A DNA stretch of 35,642 nucleotides from Clostridiales bacterium (GCA_026419635.1 JANZZB010000001.1:1-35642), one strand, 5' to 3'; positions 17,230 to 25,989 are shown, numbered from the stretch's first letter. Numbers and translations: made by a program. The notes: generated by a model from the sequence alone, not told the origin.

Positions 17230-18465
17230 TTATTTTTTAACTCGATGTGCTGACACCCAATTTTCTTTAATGGTTTCACGGCAGCGGCCTATTGCAAGAG
17301 CGTCTTCCGGCACGTCCTCTGTAATTGTGGTGCCTGCAGCTGTGTAGGCACCGCGGTGAATCGTAACGGGTGCTACCAAGTTCGTATTGCATCCGATAAA
17401 AGCGTTATCTTCGACACGGGTCAGATATTTTTCGTTTCCATCGTAATTGACAGTTACCGTTCCGCAGCCAAAATTGACGTTTTCGCCGACTTCGGCATCA
17501 CCGATATAAGTCAAATGAGAAATTTTTGTGCCATCGCCGATAACTGATTTTTTGAGTTCCACAAAATCGCCGACTTTAATATGATTGCCGACAATGCAAC
17601 CCGGGCGAATATAGGCGAACGGGCCTATCTTGGTATCCTCTCCGACGGATGATTCATAGATTTGTGATGCGTTAACCGTAGTTTTTGAACCGATCGTTGA
17701 GGATGAAATCAAAGTATTGGGGCCGATTATGGCGTTTTTGCCAATGCTTGTTTCGCCGTATAAAATTGATCCCATTAAAATTTTAGCCGAGGGCGCAACT
17801 TTTACAGTCGGAGATACAATGGTATTATCCGGATTCTGGATATAAACGCCGCTTTCTAATAAACTTTGACATACACGGTGTTTCAGCTTTTTTTCAAGTA
17901 AAGCGATAGACGGCATATCCATTGCAATCTTAAAATCGTCCCGGTCAATCAAACCATCAAAAGGAACAAATGATAAAGAAGGATAGAAACGAGCGAGTTC
18001 TGCTAAGCTGAAATCCGATGAGGCCTCAAACGCCGATCTTAGCGTTTTGTTATCCGCACAAAGGACACGAATATCACCGAGGGTTTCTTCTCCATAAACA
18101 CCGCTCTCAGAATAAGACAATCCGGATCGAATCAGCATGGATAACCCTTCGTTTGATAAAACAGGCATTGGAGCATCAAAAACGAGCACCGTTCCATCAA
18201 AATCCGCGATCTTTTTTGCGGCGTCTTTGAAAGCATCCGTAGTGCTCGTAAATTCAGATAAATAAATAAAATTAACTTTACAAGAAAATTCAGAGAAATC
18301 CAAATTACTATAGGAATTTGAATTGTCGCAAACTATAAGAATTTCAGAAATATTCGCGTCTTCCAATGAACGGACCATCCATTTAATTAAGGGGTAGTAA
18401 AGAAGGTCAAATTGAAAATACTGCGATTTGCCAACAGTAAAAATTACTGCGTTTGCACTTTCCAA
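17230..18465 (-). CDS. glmU: GlmU-like protein: conserved left-handed beta-helix acetyltransferase domain, divergent N-terminal nucleotidyltransferase domain
   Basis: The C-terminal half is strongly GlmU-like (IGPFAYIRPG...GDFVELKKS.IG.GTK..HLTYIGDAEVGENVNFGCGTVTVNYDG..K..T.V.D.AFIG.NT.LVAPV). It sits in the canonical glmU-prs-pth position. Start reassigned to TTG at 18465, 6 nt after AAGGAGGTG (18472-18480); the ATG at 18492 has no RBS. The N-terminal LAAGxGTRM signature is replaced by FTVGKSQYF. Confidence 0.75.
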   Translation of the reverse strand: MESANAVIFTVGKSQYFQFDLLYYPLIKWMVRSLEDANISEILIVCDNSNSYSNLDFSEFSCKVNFIYLSEFTSTTDAFKDAAKKIADFDGTVLVFDAPMPVLSNEGLSMLIRSGLSYSESGVYGEETLGDIRVLCADNKTLRSAFEASSDFSLAELARFYPSLSFVPFDGLIDRDDFKIAMDMPSIALLEKKLKHRVCQSLLESGVYIQNPDNTIVSPTVKVAPSAKILMGSILYGETSIGKNAIIGPNTLISSSTIGSKTTVNASQIYESSVGEDTKIGPFAYIRPGCIVGNHIKVGDFVELKKSVIGDGTKISHLTYIGDAEVGENVNFGCGTVTVNYDGNEKYLTRVEDNAFIGCNTNLVAPVTIHRGAYTAAGTTITEDVPEDALAIGRCRETIKENWVSAHRVKK

Positions 18466-18501
18466 GTGGTACACCTCCTTAAATAAGCCCATGCATAATT
18501 C

Positions 18502-18510
18502 AGTATAACA
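18502..18510 (-). promoter_or_regulatory. Candidate extended -10 promoter element (TGtTATACT) for glmU-prs
   Basis: The minus strand reads TGTTATACT about 10 nt upstream of ATG 18492, with no good -35. If used, ATG 18492 would lack a 5' UTR, which is consistent with the TTG 18465 start. Confidence 0.3.
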
Positions 18511-18611
18511 GAATCGGAAAAAAAATGCACGAAAAAATTTTAGACTTTTTAGCCTAGTATTGCCATATTCATCCTGTTTTATTGAACCTTAAAATCTATT
18601 CTTATTCATGC

Positions 18612-18640
18612 TTTACCGGCAATGTGCAAATTGTTATAAT
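18612..18640 (+). promoter_or_regulatory. Candidate sigma-A promoter for the DnaD/DnaI-like pair (TTTACC - 17 nt - TGtTATAAT)
   Basis: The -35 is at 18612-18617 and a consensus -10 TATAAT at 18635-18640, with an upstream TG (extended -10). It lies about 70 nt upstream of ATG 18710. Confidence 0.45.
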
Positions 18641-18709
18641 AGAATTAAAATGAAGACAAAAAAACATTTTTTGTTACCAAAGGCCTGAAGGTCTGAAGGA
18701 GAGAGTGAT

Positions 18710-19627
18710 ATGCCTCCGTCCAATATCAGATTGAAAAAAACAGGTGTAACTGCTCTCAGAAATGAGGCGGTTGACCGTATCATTGAAATGGCCAAGCCGG
18801 ATGCCGCTATATTATGGCTTTATTTGGAGCGTTTAAACGGAGTGTTTGATTTAACAAGCGCCGGAGTCTTGCTGCAAATGGATCAAAGTAGAATCGAGGA
18901 TGCTCTTTCTACATTAAAAGATGCAGGAATTATAGACGGACCGATTCATTTTTCGGATAAAGTACCTGATTATACAGCAGAAGAACTTGCTAATAATCGG
19001 AAAGATCCGATTTTCAGCGAATTGTGCATGGCGCTTGAATCCGCGCTTGGACGAATCTTGAAAAAATCGGAACTTCTGACGCTGCTGGATATATACAAGC
19101 GACTATCTTTGTCATGCGGAACCATTTTAATGTTGATTCAATATCTCGGAAAGACGCCAGAAAAAAGACTCACTATGAAAGAACTTGAACGTGAAGCATG
19201 CCGATGGGCGGATGCCGGAATTACGACGGAAGAAAAAGCAGAGGAACACCTGAAAACGCTAATCAAAAAACGTTTAGATATGAACGAAGTAATGAAAATT
19301 ATGAAGCTTTTTGACCGCCTTCCGTCTCCTTCGGAGGAAAAATATATCAATGCCTGGCTGTCGATGGGATTTACTCCTGATATCATTGAAATTGCTTATG
19401 ACAAAACGGTTCTCAATACCGGCGGGCTGACGTGGAAATATTTAAACAAAATTCTGGAAATCTGGCATTCTAAAAACATACATACACTTTCTGATATTGA
19501 ACGTGAAGAGCAAAAAACGAAAAGAAATAATTACAAGAAATACGAGATTCCGGCATCAGCTGAAGCCGACGAAGAGTCCTTAAATCGTGTCAAAAATTAC
19601 CTAAGGGAAAGAAAGGGCGGTTCGTAA
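18710..19627 (+). CDS. DnaD-domain (DnaB_2) replication initiation / restart protein
   Basis: There is an N-terminal winged-helix-like region and two DnaD/DnaB_2-type repeats (...SELLTLLDIYK...LMLIQY... and ...EKYINAWLSMGFTPDIIEIAYDKTV......W.YLNKILEIWHSKNIHTLSDI). GAAGGAGAGAG precedes the ATG. It is paired with a DnaI-like loader. Confidence 0.8.
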   Translation: MPPSNIRLKKTGVTALRNEAVDRIIEMAKPDAAILWLYLERLNGVFDLTSAGVLLQMDQSRIEDALSTLKDAGIIDGPIHFSDKVPDYTAEELANNRKDPIFSELCMALESALGRILKKSELLTLLDIYKRLSLSCGTILMLIQYLGKTPEKRLTMKELEREACRWADAGITTEEKAEEHLKTLIKKRLDMNEVMKIMKLFDRLPSPSEEKYINAWLSMGFTPDIIEIAYDKTVLNTGGLTWKYLNKILEIWHSKNIHTLSDIEREEQKTKRNNYKKYEIPASAEADEESLNRVKNYLRERKGGS

Positions 19628-19628
19628 G

Positions 19629-20633
19629 TTGATTGATCCGAAAATTCAAAAAAGAGTACTTGAACGGTATGCACAAAGAAGGAGGGCGTCAGAAGATGAG
19701 CTTTCCCGCAGAACCCGTGAAGTACAGGATAAAATTCCGGAAATTGCGGCGATTGGAAAAGAATTGAGAACGACTGTTTTACAGGTGGCAAGAGCTGCAT
19801 TTGAGTCTGGGACCGACCCAAAACCGAGAATTGACGCGGTTAAGAACCGTCATGTTGAATTGATTGCCAAACGTAGTGAGCTTTTAGTCCAAAACGGATA
19901 TCCGGCTGAATATCTTAATCTCGCGCCTTCCTGCAAAAAATGTTCTGATTACGGCTATATAGATTCAAAACCATGCTCCTGTTTTTTAGAAGAGTGCGTA
20001 AAGGAACAGGGTAAAGAATTATCAAGCGTGCTCGATATTAAAGGACAGAATTTCGATAATTTTATTGGTCAGTATTATTCCAATAATCCGGGAGACGGGG
20101 AGGGCGGTGTTTCTCCTCGGCAAAATATGGAGTCTTTCCTCGATTTCTTTCAGGATTACGCCTGGAACTTTGGGCGGCATTCGATTAATATGCTATTTTA
20201 CGGCGGCCCGGGACTTGGAAAGACTTTTATGTCAAGCTGCATTGCAAAAGAAGTTGCGTTAAAGGGATTTTCGGTAACATATGACACGGCAATCAATATA
20301 TTCGGAAATCTGGAAAAGGAAAAATTCGGTGAAAACTACGAAGAACTCCAGATGCAGATAAAAAGGTATATGCTTAGCGATTTGCTTATTATTGATGATC
20401 TTGGTACGGAGCTGACGACGTCCTTTGTATGCTCGTCTTTTTATAATTTGCTTAATACACGTCTGATAGAGAGACGTCAAATGATTATAAGCACGAATTT
20501 ATCACCGAAAGAGATTGCGGCAAGGTATACGCCGCAGATCGCTTCGCGCCTGAGTTTTGAATTTGACCGTTTTCATTTTTTTGGAAAAGATGTGCGGCAG
20601 GTGATGAAAGAAAACCGCCGTTTAAGGTATTGA
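19629..20633 (+). CDS. DnaI/DnaC-like replicative helicase loader ATPase
   Basis: It has an N-terminal Cys cluster (CKKCSDYGY...PCSC), Walker A GGPGLGKTF, Walker B LLIIDDLGTE and the sensor region ISTNL. The start is TTG, 1 nt after the upstream stop. Confidence 0.85.
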   Translation: MIDPKIQKRVLERYAQRRRASEDELSRRTREVQDKIPEIAAIGKELRTTVLQVARAAFESGTDPKPRIDAVKNRHVELIAKRSELLVQNGYPAEYLNLAPSCKKCSDYGYIDSKPCSCFLEECVKEQGKELSSVLDIKGQNFDNFIGQYYSNNPGDGEGGVSPRQNMESFLDFFQDYAWNFGRHSINMLFYGGPGLGKTFMSSCIAKEVALKGFSVTYDTAINIFGNLEKEKFGENYEELQMQIKRYMLSDLLIIDDLGTELTTSFVCSSFYNLLNTRLIERRQMIISTNLSPKEIAARYTPQIASRLSFEFDRFHFFGKDVRQVMKENRRLRY

Positions 20634-20666
20634 ATTTACTAACAGTATGGAAAGTAAATACTAATA

Positions 20667-20704
20667 AACAAGGACGTTAAGATGTAACTCTTAACGTCCT
20701 TGTT
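20667..20704. terminator. Bidirectional intrinsic terminator between convergent genes
   Basis: A 15-bp perfect stem AACAAGGACGTTAAG/CTTAACGTCCTTGTT has an 8-nt loop. It is flanked by A/T-rich runs on both sides (TAATAAAC upstream, TTAATTATTT downstream). Confidence 0.7.
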
Positions 20705-20711
20705 TAATTAT

Positions 20712-21380
20712 TTAAATCTGTATGGAAAAAGGTTCTTTGCGTTCATTGCAGTTTTCTTTTTTACAAAATGCGCAGCTTTGATATTGTTTATTGGTCGTAA
20801 AAAAAATACCGGATAACGACTTTACGGGGCTCATCAAATATCTTTCCGTCAGGTGAACGCCGGTTTTTTCAGTGACGTCCGTTAACAAACGAAAAAGCAG
20901 TTCTTGTCCTTCTTCAAGTGGCCAGAGAGGGTGCGAACCGGGACTGATGCTCGACAAAAGCGTTCCTTTCTGCAAAATAGCAAAAAGACGAATTCGTACA
21001 TATTTAATACATTGACCCAACACCAAATCTTTTATACATTCGCATACATAGGATTCGAAAACATCTGTTTTCGATTTAGACCAGTGATCAAGTTCTTTAC
21101 CACAGGTGGCAACAAACGGATATACCATTTCTTGCTCTGCAAGGATTTTTAGCACGTACGGGGACTGAATAAGTTCTCCGTCAATTGAAACCGTATCGCT
21201 TTTAAGCTGTTTTACAACCGCCAAACGGAACATTGCTTTGGGCGCGGCAATAATCAGCGCTTCGGATAATATGCGCAAAATAAGATTGCGTTGATCGCAG
21301 CTTTTATCAAGATGCATTTTCTTAAGAAGATCGGCTTCTGTTATTTTTAAGGGAATATTGGTTAAAACGTTCTGCTCCAT
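20712..21380 (-). CDS. Stand-alone vitamin-B12-dependent methionine synthase activation (AdoMet-binding) domain-like protein
   Basis: SPGSHPLWPLEEGQELLFRLL...TGVHLTERYLMSPVKSLSGIFF resembles the MetH reactivation-domain block (PGYP.CP....K..L..LL.....G..LTES.AM.P.ASVSG..F). A C-terminal CAFCKKENC Cys cluster is present. Start reassigned to the ATG at 21380, 8 nt after the ATPase stop; the ORF-track start at 21518 would overlap the ATPase gene by 131 nt. Confidence 0.55.
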   Translation of the reverse strand: MEQNVLTNIPLKITEADLLKKMHLDKSCDQRNLILRILSEALIIAAPKAMFRLAVVKQLKSDTVSIDGELIQSPYVLKILAEQEMVYPFVATCGKELDHWSKSKTDVFESYVCECIKDLVLGQCIKYVRIRLFAILQKGTLLSSISPGSHPLWPLEEGQELLFRLLTDVTEKTGVHLTERYLMSPVKSLSGIFFTTNKQYQSCAFCKKENCNERKEPFSIQI

Positions 21381-21387
21381 TTTTTCG

Positions 21388-22110
21388 TTAAAGGACTTTG
21401 CCCAGAAAGTCACGTAATCTTGGATTTTGGGGATTTGAGAAAAATTCCGTGGGAGAGTTTTGCTCAACAATCTTGCCTTCATCCATGAAAAGAACTCGGG
21501 TACCGACTTCGCGGGCAAAATTCATCTCATGGGTTACGACGACCATGGTCATACCTTCTTTAGCAAGCTCCTTCATAACTTCCAAAACTTCGCCGACCAT
21601 TTCCGGGTCCAGCGCGGAAGTCGGCTCGTCAAACAGCATAACTTTAGGGTTCATAGCAAGGGAACGGATAATGGCGATTCGCTGTTTTTGCCCGCCGGAT
21701 AGCTGAAGCGGGTATGCGTTTGCCTTGTCCTCAAGACCTATACGCTTTAAGAGACGGATTGCATTCTCTTTTGCTTCCTCCGGTGTTTGCAAACCGAGTT
21801 TAACAGGAGCAAGAGTAATATTATTTAATACGGACAAATGAGGAAATAGGTTAAAGTGCTGGAATACCATCCCCATTTTTTGCCGCAGAACATTAATGTC
21901 CGTTTTTTTGTCGGTTATGTTGACATTTTCGAACCAAATCTCTCCGGAAGTAGGGATTTCTAGGAGATTCAAACAGCGTAAGAAGGTACTTTTACCGGAA
22001 CCGGAGGGACCGATAATGACTACCTTTTCCCCTTGCTTGATTTCTTCATCAATTCCACAAAGCACTTCATGTCTTCCAAAAGCCTTGTGCAAATTTTTAA
22101 TGTTGATCAT
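21388..22110 (-). CDS. Polar amino-acid ABC transporter ATP-binding protein (GlnQ/HisP type)
   Basis: Walker [10 protein letters not shown], signature LSGGQKQR, Walker [12 protein letters not shown] and H-loop VVVTHEM are present. Length is 240 aa. Confidence 0.95.
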   Translation of the reverse strand: MINIKNLHKAFGRHEVLCGIDEEIKQGEKVVIIGPSGSGKSTFLRCLNLLEIPTSGEIWFENVNITDKKTDINVLRQKMGMVFQHFNLFPHLSVLNNITLAPVKLGLQTPEEAKENAIRLLKRIGLEDKANAYPLQLSGGQKQRIAIIRSLAMNPKVMLFDEPTSALDPEMVGEVLEVMKELAKEGMTMVVVTHEMNFAREVGTRVLFMDEGKIVEQNSPTEFFSNPQNPRLRDFLGKVL

Positions 22111-22861
22111 TGACTGCCAGCCTCCTTTCCAAACGCTTCTGCAGTGCTGTCAGTCCGACGACAATAATGAGGTAAATAATAGCGATGAAGAACAGTGGTA
22201 CATATGCGTTAAAAGTACGACTGCGTACTAAAGATGCAGCCATTGTAAGATCAGGTACGGCAATTAGACTGACAATGGCTGTTTCTTTTACAAGTGTAAT
22301 AAATTCGTTAAAAAGCGCTGGCAAAATATTTTTTACTGCTTGCGGCAGGATAATAAAGCGCATCGTCATGTTTTTGGTTAAACCAAGGGAACGGCCCGCT
22401 TCCATTTGGCCGCGGTCAATCGATTGAATACCTGCGCGAATGATTTCGGCCACATAAGCTCCGGAATTAAAGCCGAAAGCAATGATTGCAATCGGAATCT
22501 GAAAAGTAGCAGGAGCAAACGCGAAGAAAACGAAATACATAATCAGCAGCTGAACGGCCATTGGTGTGCCGCGTACAAAAGTAAGATAGATGTCACAAAT
22601 AAAATTCAGTGGCTTTAATCCTTTGTTCTGCACAGAATATACTTTCACTATTGCTATCAGCATTCCTATAAGTACGCCTAAAACTGCGGAAAAAAATGCG
22701 ATATTAAGGGTTATTAAAAGCCCTTTCATATAAAGAAAAAATCTTCCGGAATAAAAAATGTTTGTATATATATTATTTTGAAGTTCCGCCCAAAATGCCA
22801 TAAACATCACCATTCTTTCTTTGTGAAAAGTTATCAGTTTATGAGAAAACGCTTTATTCAA
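22097..22861 (-). CDS. Polar amino-acid ABC transporter permease (HisM/GlnP type)
   Basis: It has multiple TM helices and the EAA-type loop [16 protein letters not shown]....FIILPQA. The start is uncertain: TTG at 22861 or ATG at 22813. It overlaps the ATPase start by 14 nt. Confidence 0.9.
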   Translation of the reverse strand: MNKAFSHKLITFHKERMVMFMAFWAELQNNIYTNIFYSGRFFLYMKGLLITLNIAFFSAVLGVLIGMLIAIVKVYSVQNKGLKPLNFICDIYLTFVRGTPMAVQLLIMYFVFFAFAPATFQIPIAIIAFGFNSGAYVAEIIRAGIQSIDRGQMEAGRSLGLTKNMTMRFIILPQAVKNILPALFNEFITLVKETAIVSLIAVPDLTMAASLVRSRTFNAYVPLFFIAIIYLIIVVGLTALQKRLERRLAVNDQH

Positions 22862-22882
22862 CGAAGTGCTTTCTCATAAACT

Positions 22883-22919
22883 GAGGCAGCAGAACAAAAC
22901 CTTGTTGTCCCACTGCCTC
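22883..22919 (-). promoter_or_regulatory. Intra-operon hairpin between the binding-protein and permease genes
   Basis: GAGGCAG/CTGCCTC forms an outer stem with an inner ACAA..TTGT stem. This is the typical position for a partial terminator or mRNA-stabilising hairpin that raises binding-protein expression relative to membrane components. Confidence 0.4.
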
Positions 22920-22931
22920 GATCATATTATT

Positions 22932-23804
22932 TTATTTTGTGTGATTAATAATATATTTCTGAATCGAGCCGTCTTTAATCAGGCGATTAAGAGTGCTGTT
23001 AACAGCATCTAAAAGTTCTTTGTTTCCTTTTTTAACAGCGACTGCGTACTTTTCAGAATCACCGACTGCACTTGCAGATACGACAAGGCCTTTGTTTTCC
23101 GCTGCAATTGCGTTAGCAGGATCTTTATCGACTACGACTGCGTCAAGACGTTTTGCCTTAAGATCAAGAGCAGCTTCCAAAGCTGTCTTATATTCGCTTA
23201 CCACAGCACCAGAGCCTTCCAGAACACCTTTCGTATGCTTGCCCGTATCATCCTTCGTGCCATTAATGGCGTCCGTTACCAGATAATCACCCGTTGTACC
23301 GAGCTGTACGCCGACTTTCTTTCCCTTTAAGTCTTCCAGTTTGTTAAATTTATCGCTGTCCCTCATAATGATATATTGTGAGGAAGTGACGTACTCAACG
23401 GAAAAATCAACGCTTTTGGCTCTCTCCGGTTTAATCGTCATACCGGCTGCAATAAAATCTCCTTTGCCGGATTGAAGCGCATTCAAAAGACCGTCAAAAT
23501 CCATATTTACGATTTCAAGCTTGACACCAAGATCTTTGGCAATTTCATTTGCAACGTCAACATCGACACCTGCCGGTTTGTTGTCGTCGCCGAGGTATTC
23601 AAACGGAGGGAATTGTGCATTGGTCAACATAATAATTTTCCCGTCTGCCTTGATTCGGTCAAGATCGGTTTTTGCGGGTGTCTGAGTTTGGGTTTGATTT
23701 TGAGCAGGGGGATTCTGCGCTTTTTTGCCGCCGGAACAAGCCGTAAGTCCGACAACCATGCAGGCCGCGAGCGCGAGAGCGGTCAACTTTGTAATCTTCT
23801 TCAT
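22932..23804 (-). CDS. Amino-acid ABC transporter substrate-binding lipoprotein (family 3 SBP)
   Basis: It has a signal peptide with lipobox LTACSG, a Q/T-rich linker and an SBP_bac_3-type fold signature (...PFEY.......G.DVD.A..IAK.LG...........L...L.SGK.D...AGMTI..ER...). GGAGGAG precedes the ATG. Confidence 0.93.
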   Translation of the reverse strand: MKKITKLTALALAACMVVGLTACSGGKKAQNPPAQNQTQTQTPAKTDLDRIKADGKIIMLTNAQFPPFEYLGDDNKPAGVDVDVANEIAKDLGVKLEIVNMDFDGLLNALQSGKGDFIAAGMTIKPERAKSVDFSVEYVTSSQYIIMRDSDKFNKLEDLKGKKVGVQLGTTGDYLVTDAINGTKDDTGKHTKGVLEGSGAVVSEYKTALEAALDLKAKRLDAVVVDKDPANAIAAENKGLVVSASAVGDSEKYAVAVKKGNKELLDAVNSTLNRLIKDGSIQKYIINHTK

Positions 23805-23863
23805 TTATAACTCCTCCAAAAATTCATTCGTCCTGCAATAAATCTGTCATTTTAGACGAAAAC

Positions 23864-23892
23864 ATTATATAAGAATAAGAAGTTTTTTTCAA
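23864..23892 (-). promoter_or_regulatory. Near-consensus sigma-A promoter for the ABC transporter operon (TTGAAA - 17 nt - TATAAT)
   Basis: On the minus strand the -35 is at 23887-23892 and the -10 at 23864-23869, with an exact 17-nt spacer. It lies about 60 nt upstream of ATG 23804. Confidence 0.55.
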
Positions 23893-23915
23893 TCATTTTA
23901 TGGGGACAAGCCGTT

Positions 23916-25085
23916 TTACTTAGACAGTTTATTTGAAAAAAGAGAAGAGTTATAGTACGCAATTAAGAGATCAACCATCCGACCGTAACTTTTAATTCCG
24001 TCCGCCTGTCCCATCGACTTAAGATAAGTGTTATTGATTTGATCTCCTGCTTCACTGACAGGGCCTTCATACTTTAAAGAAAAATCGTTTATATCGCGTA
24101 TATCGGAAGAAACATAAGACGACTGTTTTGCCATGATCTGCCGGGCAGTATCCGGTGAGATTTCGTAAACCTGATTCAAAGCGTAAATATAAGAACAAAG
24201 ATAACCCGAATAAATAAAGTCGGCATCAGCACTGCCTGTGCATGCAAGAAAAGCTGCAAAATTTGCTTCGTCTTCCCGGGCAACTCCAAGCCGGTGTGAA
24301 AGCTCATGAGTCATAACAAAAGGAATACTTGAAGTGACATAATCCGTATTTACATTGGATTCGCCTGTGAAAGGGAAATAAATACCGGTTATTCCGAAAT
24401 AAGACATGATTTTCGAAGATAAAACTGCTTTCGGAAGGGGACAATACGGTGCCTTAAAAATGTTAAATCGGTTCATTAAAGAAATTTCTACATTTCGCGA
24501 CCGACCTGCCATCTCTGAAAAGCTTCCGAAGCTGCACTTTCCTTCTTTGTCCCTTTTCACGGCGGTAGAATAATGATTTGCATATTCAAGCGAAATCTCC
24601 GTAGCTTTTATTAATTTCTGAGAAGATGTTTCTTTCACATCAAGCGTAAGTTTTTTTGAAAGCGGATCTGACAGATAGTTTAATCCCCACAAAACGGTAA
24701 ATAAAAATAAAATAATGGAAAAGGTTAAAACACAAAGTGAAAAAAAGCGCAGGCAGGTTACAGCTCTGCGACCTTTCATGATCAGTCTTCGGATAAAAAT
24801 AATCAGGTAAACCAGCCAAAAAAGAAGAAAAGAATAGACAAGAAGCTCGGCAAACGAAAAAGAAAACATAGAGAAAAAAGTAGCAATAAAAGAACTGGAT
24901 TTTTTTGAAAATTCAGTACATTGGTACATGAAAACTTCTGAATGCAGAGATTCTGAAATAAAAAGGAACATGATGATGAAAACAATCGCCGCGGTAAAAA
25001 AACGTATGTATATCGTTTTGAAATCCCGCCGTTTTACTTCCTTTGGTACGGCGTTTGTAATTGTAAATCCGGCAGTGTTATTCAT
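23916..25085 (-). CDS. DUF3810-family membrane protein with HExxH zinc-metalloprotease-like motif
   Basis: There are N-terminal TM helices. The C-terminal region YFPFTGESNVN......PFVMTHELSHRLGVAREDEANFAAFLAC......F.YSGY matches my recollection of DUF3810. Start reassigned to the ATG at 25085, which overlaps the upstream small-ORF stop (ATGAATAA). Confidence 0.7.
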   Translation of the reverse strand: MNNTAGFTITNAVPKEVKRRDFKTIYIRFFTAAIVFIIMFLFISESLHSEVFMYQCTEFSKKSSSFIATFFSMFSFSFAELLVYSFLLFWLVYLIIFIRRLIMKGRRAVTCLRFFSLCVLTFSIILFLFTVLWGLNYLSDPLSKKLTLDVKETSSQKLIKATEISLEYANHYSTAVKRDKEGKCSFGSFSEMAGRSRNVEISLMNRFNIFKAPYCPLPKAVLSSKIMSYFGITGIYFPFTGESNVNTDYVTSSIPFVMTHELSHRLGVAREDEANFAAFLACTGSADADFIYSGYLCSYIYALNQVYEISPDTARQIMAKQSSYVSSDIRDINDFSLKYEGPVSEAGDQINNTYLKSMGQADGIKSYGRMVDLLIAYYNSSLFSNKLSK

Positions 25086-25278
25086 CGGATTTTTCAAGGG
25101 AGCATGGGCATCCGAAAACAATTCCGAAACGATCTTTCAGCGCGACAGCACCTGTTTCGTTCAGATAATAATGCAGCCTTTTATCCTCATCAAATTCCAA
25201 GGTAACGTAACCCTGTTTGATGCAGTAATTCATAAACTCATTACCTACGTAGAAGGGATTGATTGCGGTTTTATCCAT
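25078..25278 (-). CDS. Small (66 aa) hypothetical protein, translationally coupled on both sides
   Basis: The protein is MDKTAINPFYVGNEFMNYCIKQGYVTLEFDEDKRLHYYLNETGAVALKDRFGI..., and I recognise no family. ATG 25278 overlaps the CYTH stop (ATGGATAA), and its own stop overlaps the DUF3810 ATG. Coding is inferred from this operon geometry only. Confidence 0.5.
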   Translation of the reverse strand: MDKTAINPFYVGNEFMNYCIKQGYVTLEFDEDKRLHYYLNETGAVALKDRFGIVFGCPCSLEKSDE

Positions 25279-25897
25279 TTGAATCACCCCGTGTTTCGTT
25301 AATAAATTCCTGTGCTCGCTGGAGCTTTGATTTTAATCCCGGTACCAGCAAATATCTTTTTTGTAATTGGCTGACAATATTCGTGAATTTTTCGGGGTCT
25401 CCCTCTAATAATTCCATTTCTAGTTCATAAAAAGGCTTATTTTTGTTTTTTGAAATAAAAATACCGGCATCAAAGCAAATTTCAAAAGAAAGAGTATCCT
25501 CTTTATAGGCATACGCCGTTCGTGTAAAGGCAATTTCGGAAATTGGAGAAAGACCTTTCGCCGTCAATAAATTACACAGCTCCCGAGGGGCGCCGCAATC
25601 GGGCAAAAGCGAGAGACCGTGAAGAATATCATGTGCGGGGCACTCATATTCTTCGCGCCTAAACAAACCGTTTTTCTCAAAAGCCGTAAGTTTCAGGCAT
25701 ACGACTCCGACATCGTTCTCCGATCGGCACCGAAGCCCGCCTCTCATCTGAAATAACATTTGATCAGGCGTATCATAATAAATGCTTTTCATTTGGGTCG
25801 TGGATGGGGAACTCAGCTGTGATAACAGCGCTGCATCATGAACGATTTCCTTTCCGGCCTCTGGATCGGGCAGGATAAATTTATATTCAAGCTCCAA
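25271..25897 (-). CDS. CYTH-domain protein (triphosphate tunnel metalloenzyme family)
   Basis: The N-terminal ELEYKF is the ExExK signature, with later basic and acidic tunnel residues (LRCR, CLKLT, YELEMEL). Length is 208 aa. The start is TTG at 25897, 7 nt after GGAGGG. Confidence 0.8.
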   Translation of the reverse strand: MELEYKFILPDPEAGKEIVHDAALLSQLSSPSTTQMKSIYYDTPDQMLFQMRGGLRCRSENDVGVVCLKLTAFEKNGLFRREEYECPAHDILHGLSLLPDCGAPRELCNLLTAKGLSPISEIAFTRTAYAYKEDTLSFEICFDAGIFISKNKNKPFYELEMELLEGDPEKFTNIVSQLQKRYLLVPGLKSKLQRAQEFINETRGDSNG

Positions 25898-25989
25898 AAA
25901 TGTTCCCTCCGGAAAACCTGTTTAACTAAATGACAACACCATGTTGTTTATGATCTGTAAAATGAAATGGATCAGATACGGAAAGAACA

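Noticed and set aside
18710-20633. The DnaD-domain plus DnaC/DnaI-like ATPase pair as a possible prophage or mobile-element remnant.
   Set aside because: There is no integrase, repressor, terminase, att-like repeat or compositional break nearby. Such a pair is the expected chromosomal helicase-loading machinery in Firmicutes, and it has its own sigma-A-like promoter and a clean terminator.
21381-21518. A 46-codon N-terminal extension of the MetH-activation-like ORF in the ORF track.
   Set aside because: It would overlap the well-supported ABC ATPase C-terminus by 131 nt in another frame. The ATG at 21380, 8 nt after the ATPase stop, gives a normal operon junction.
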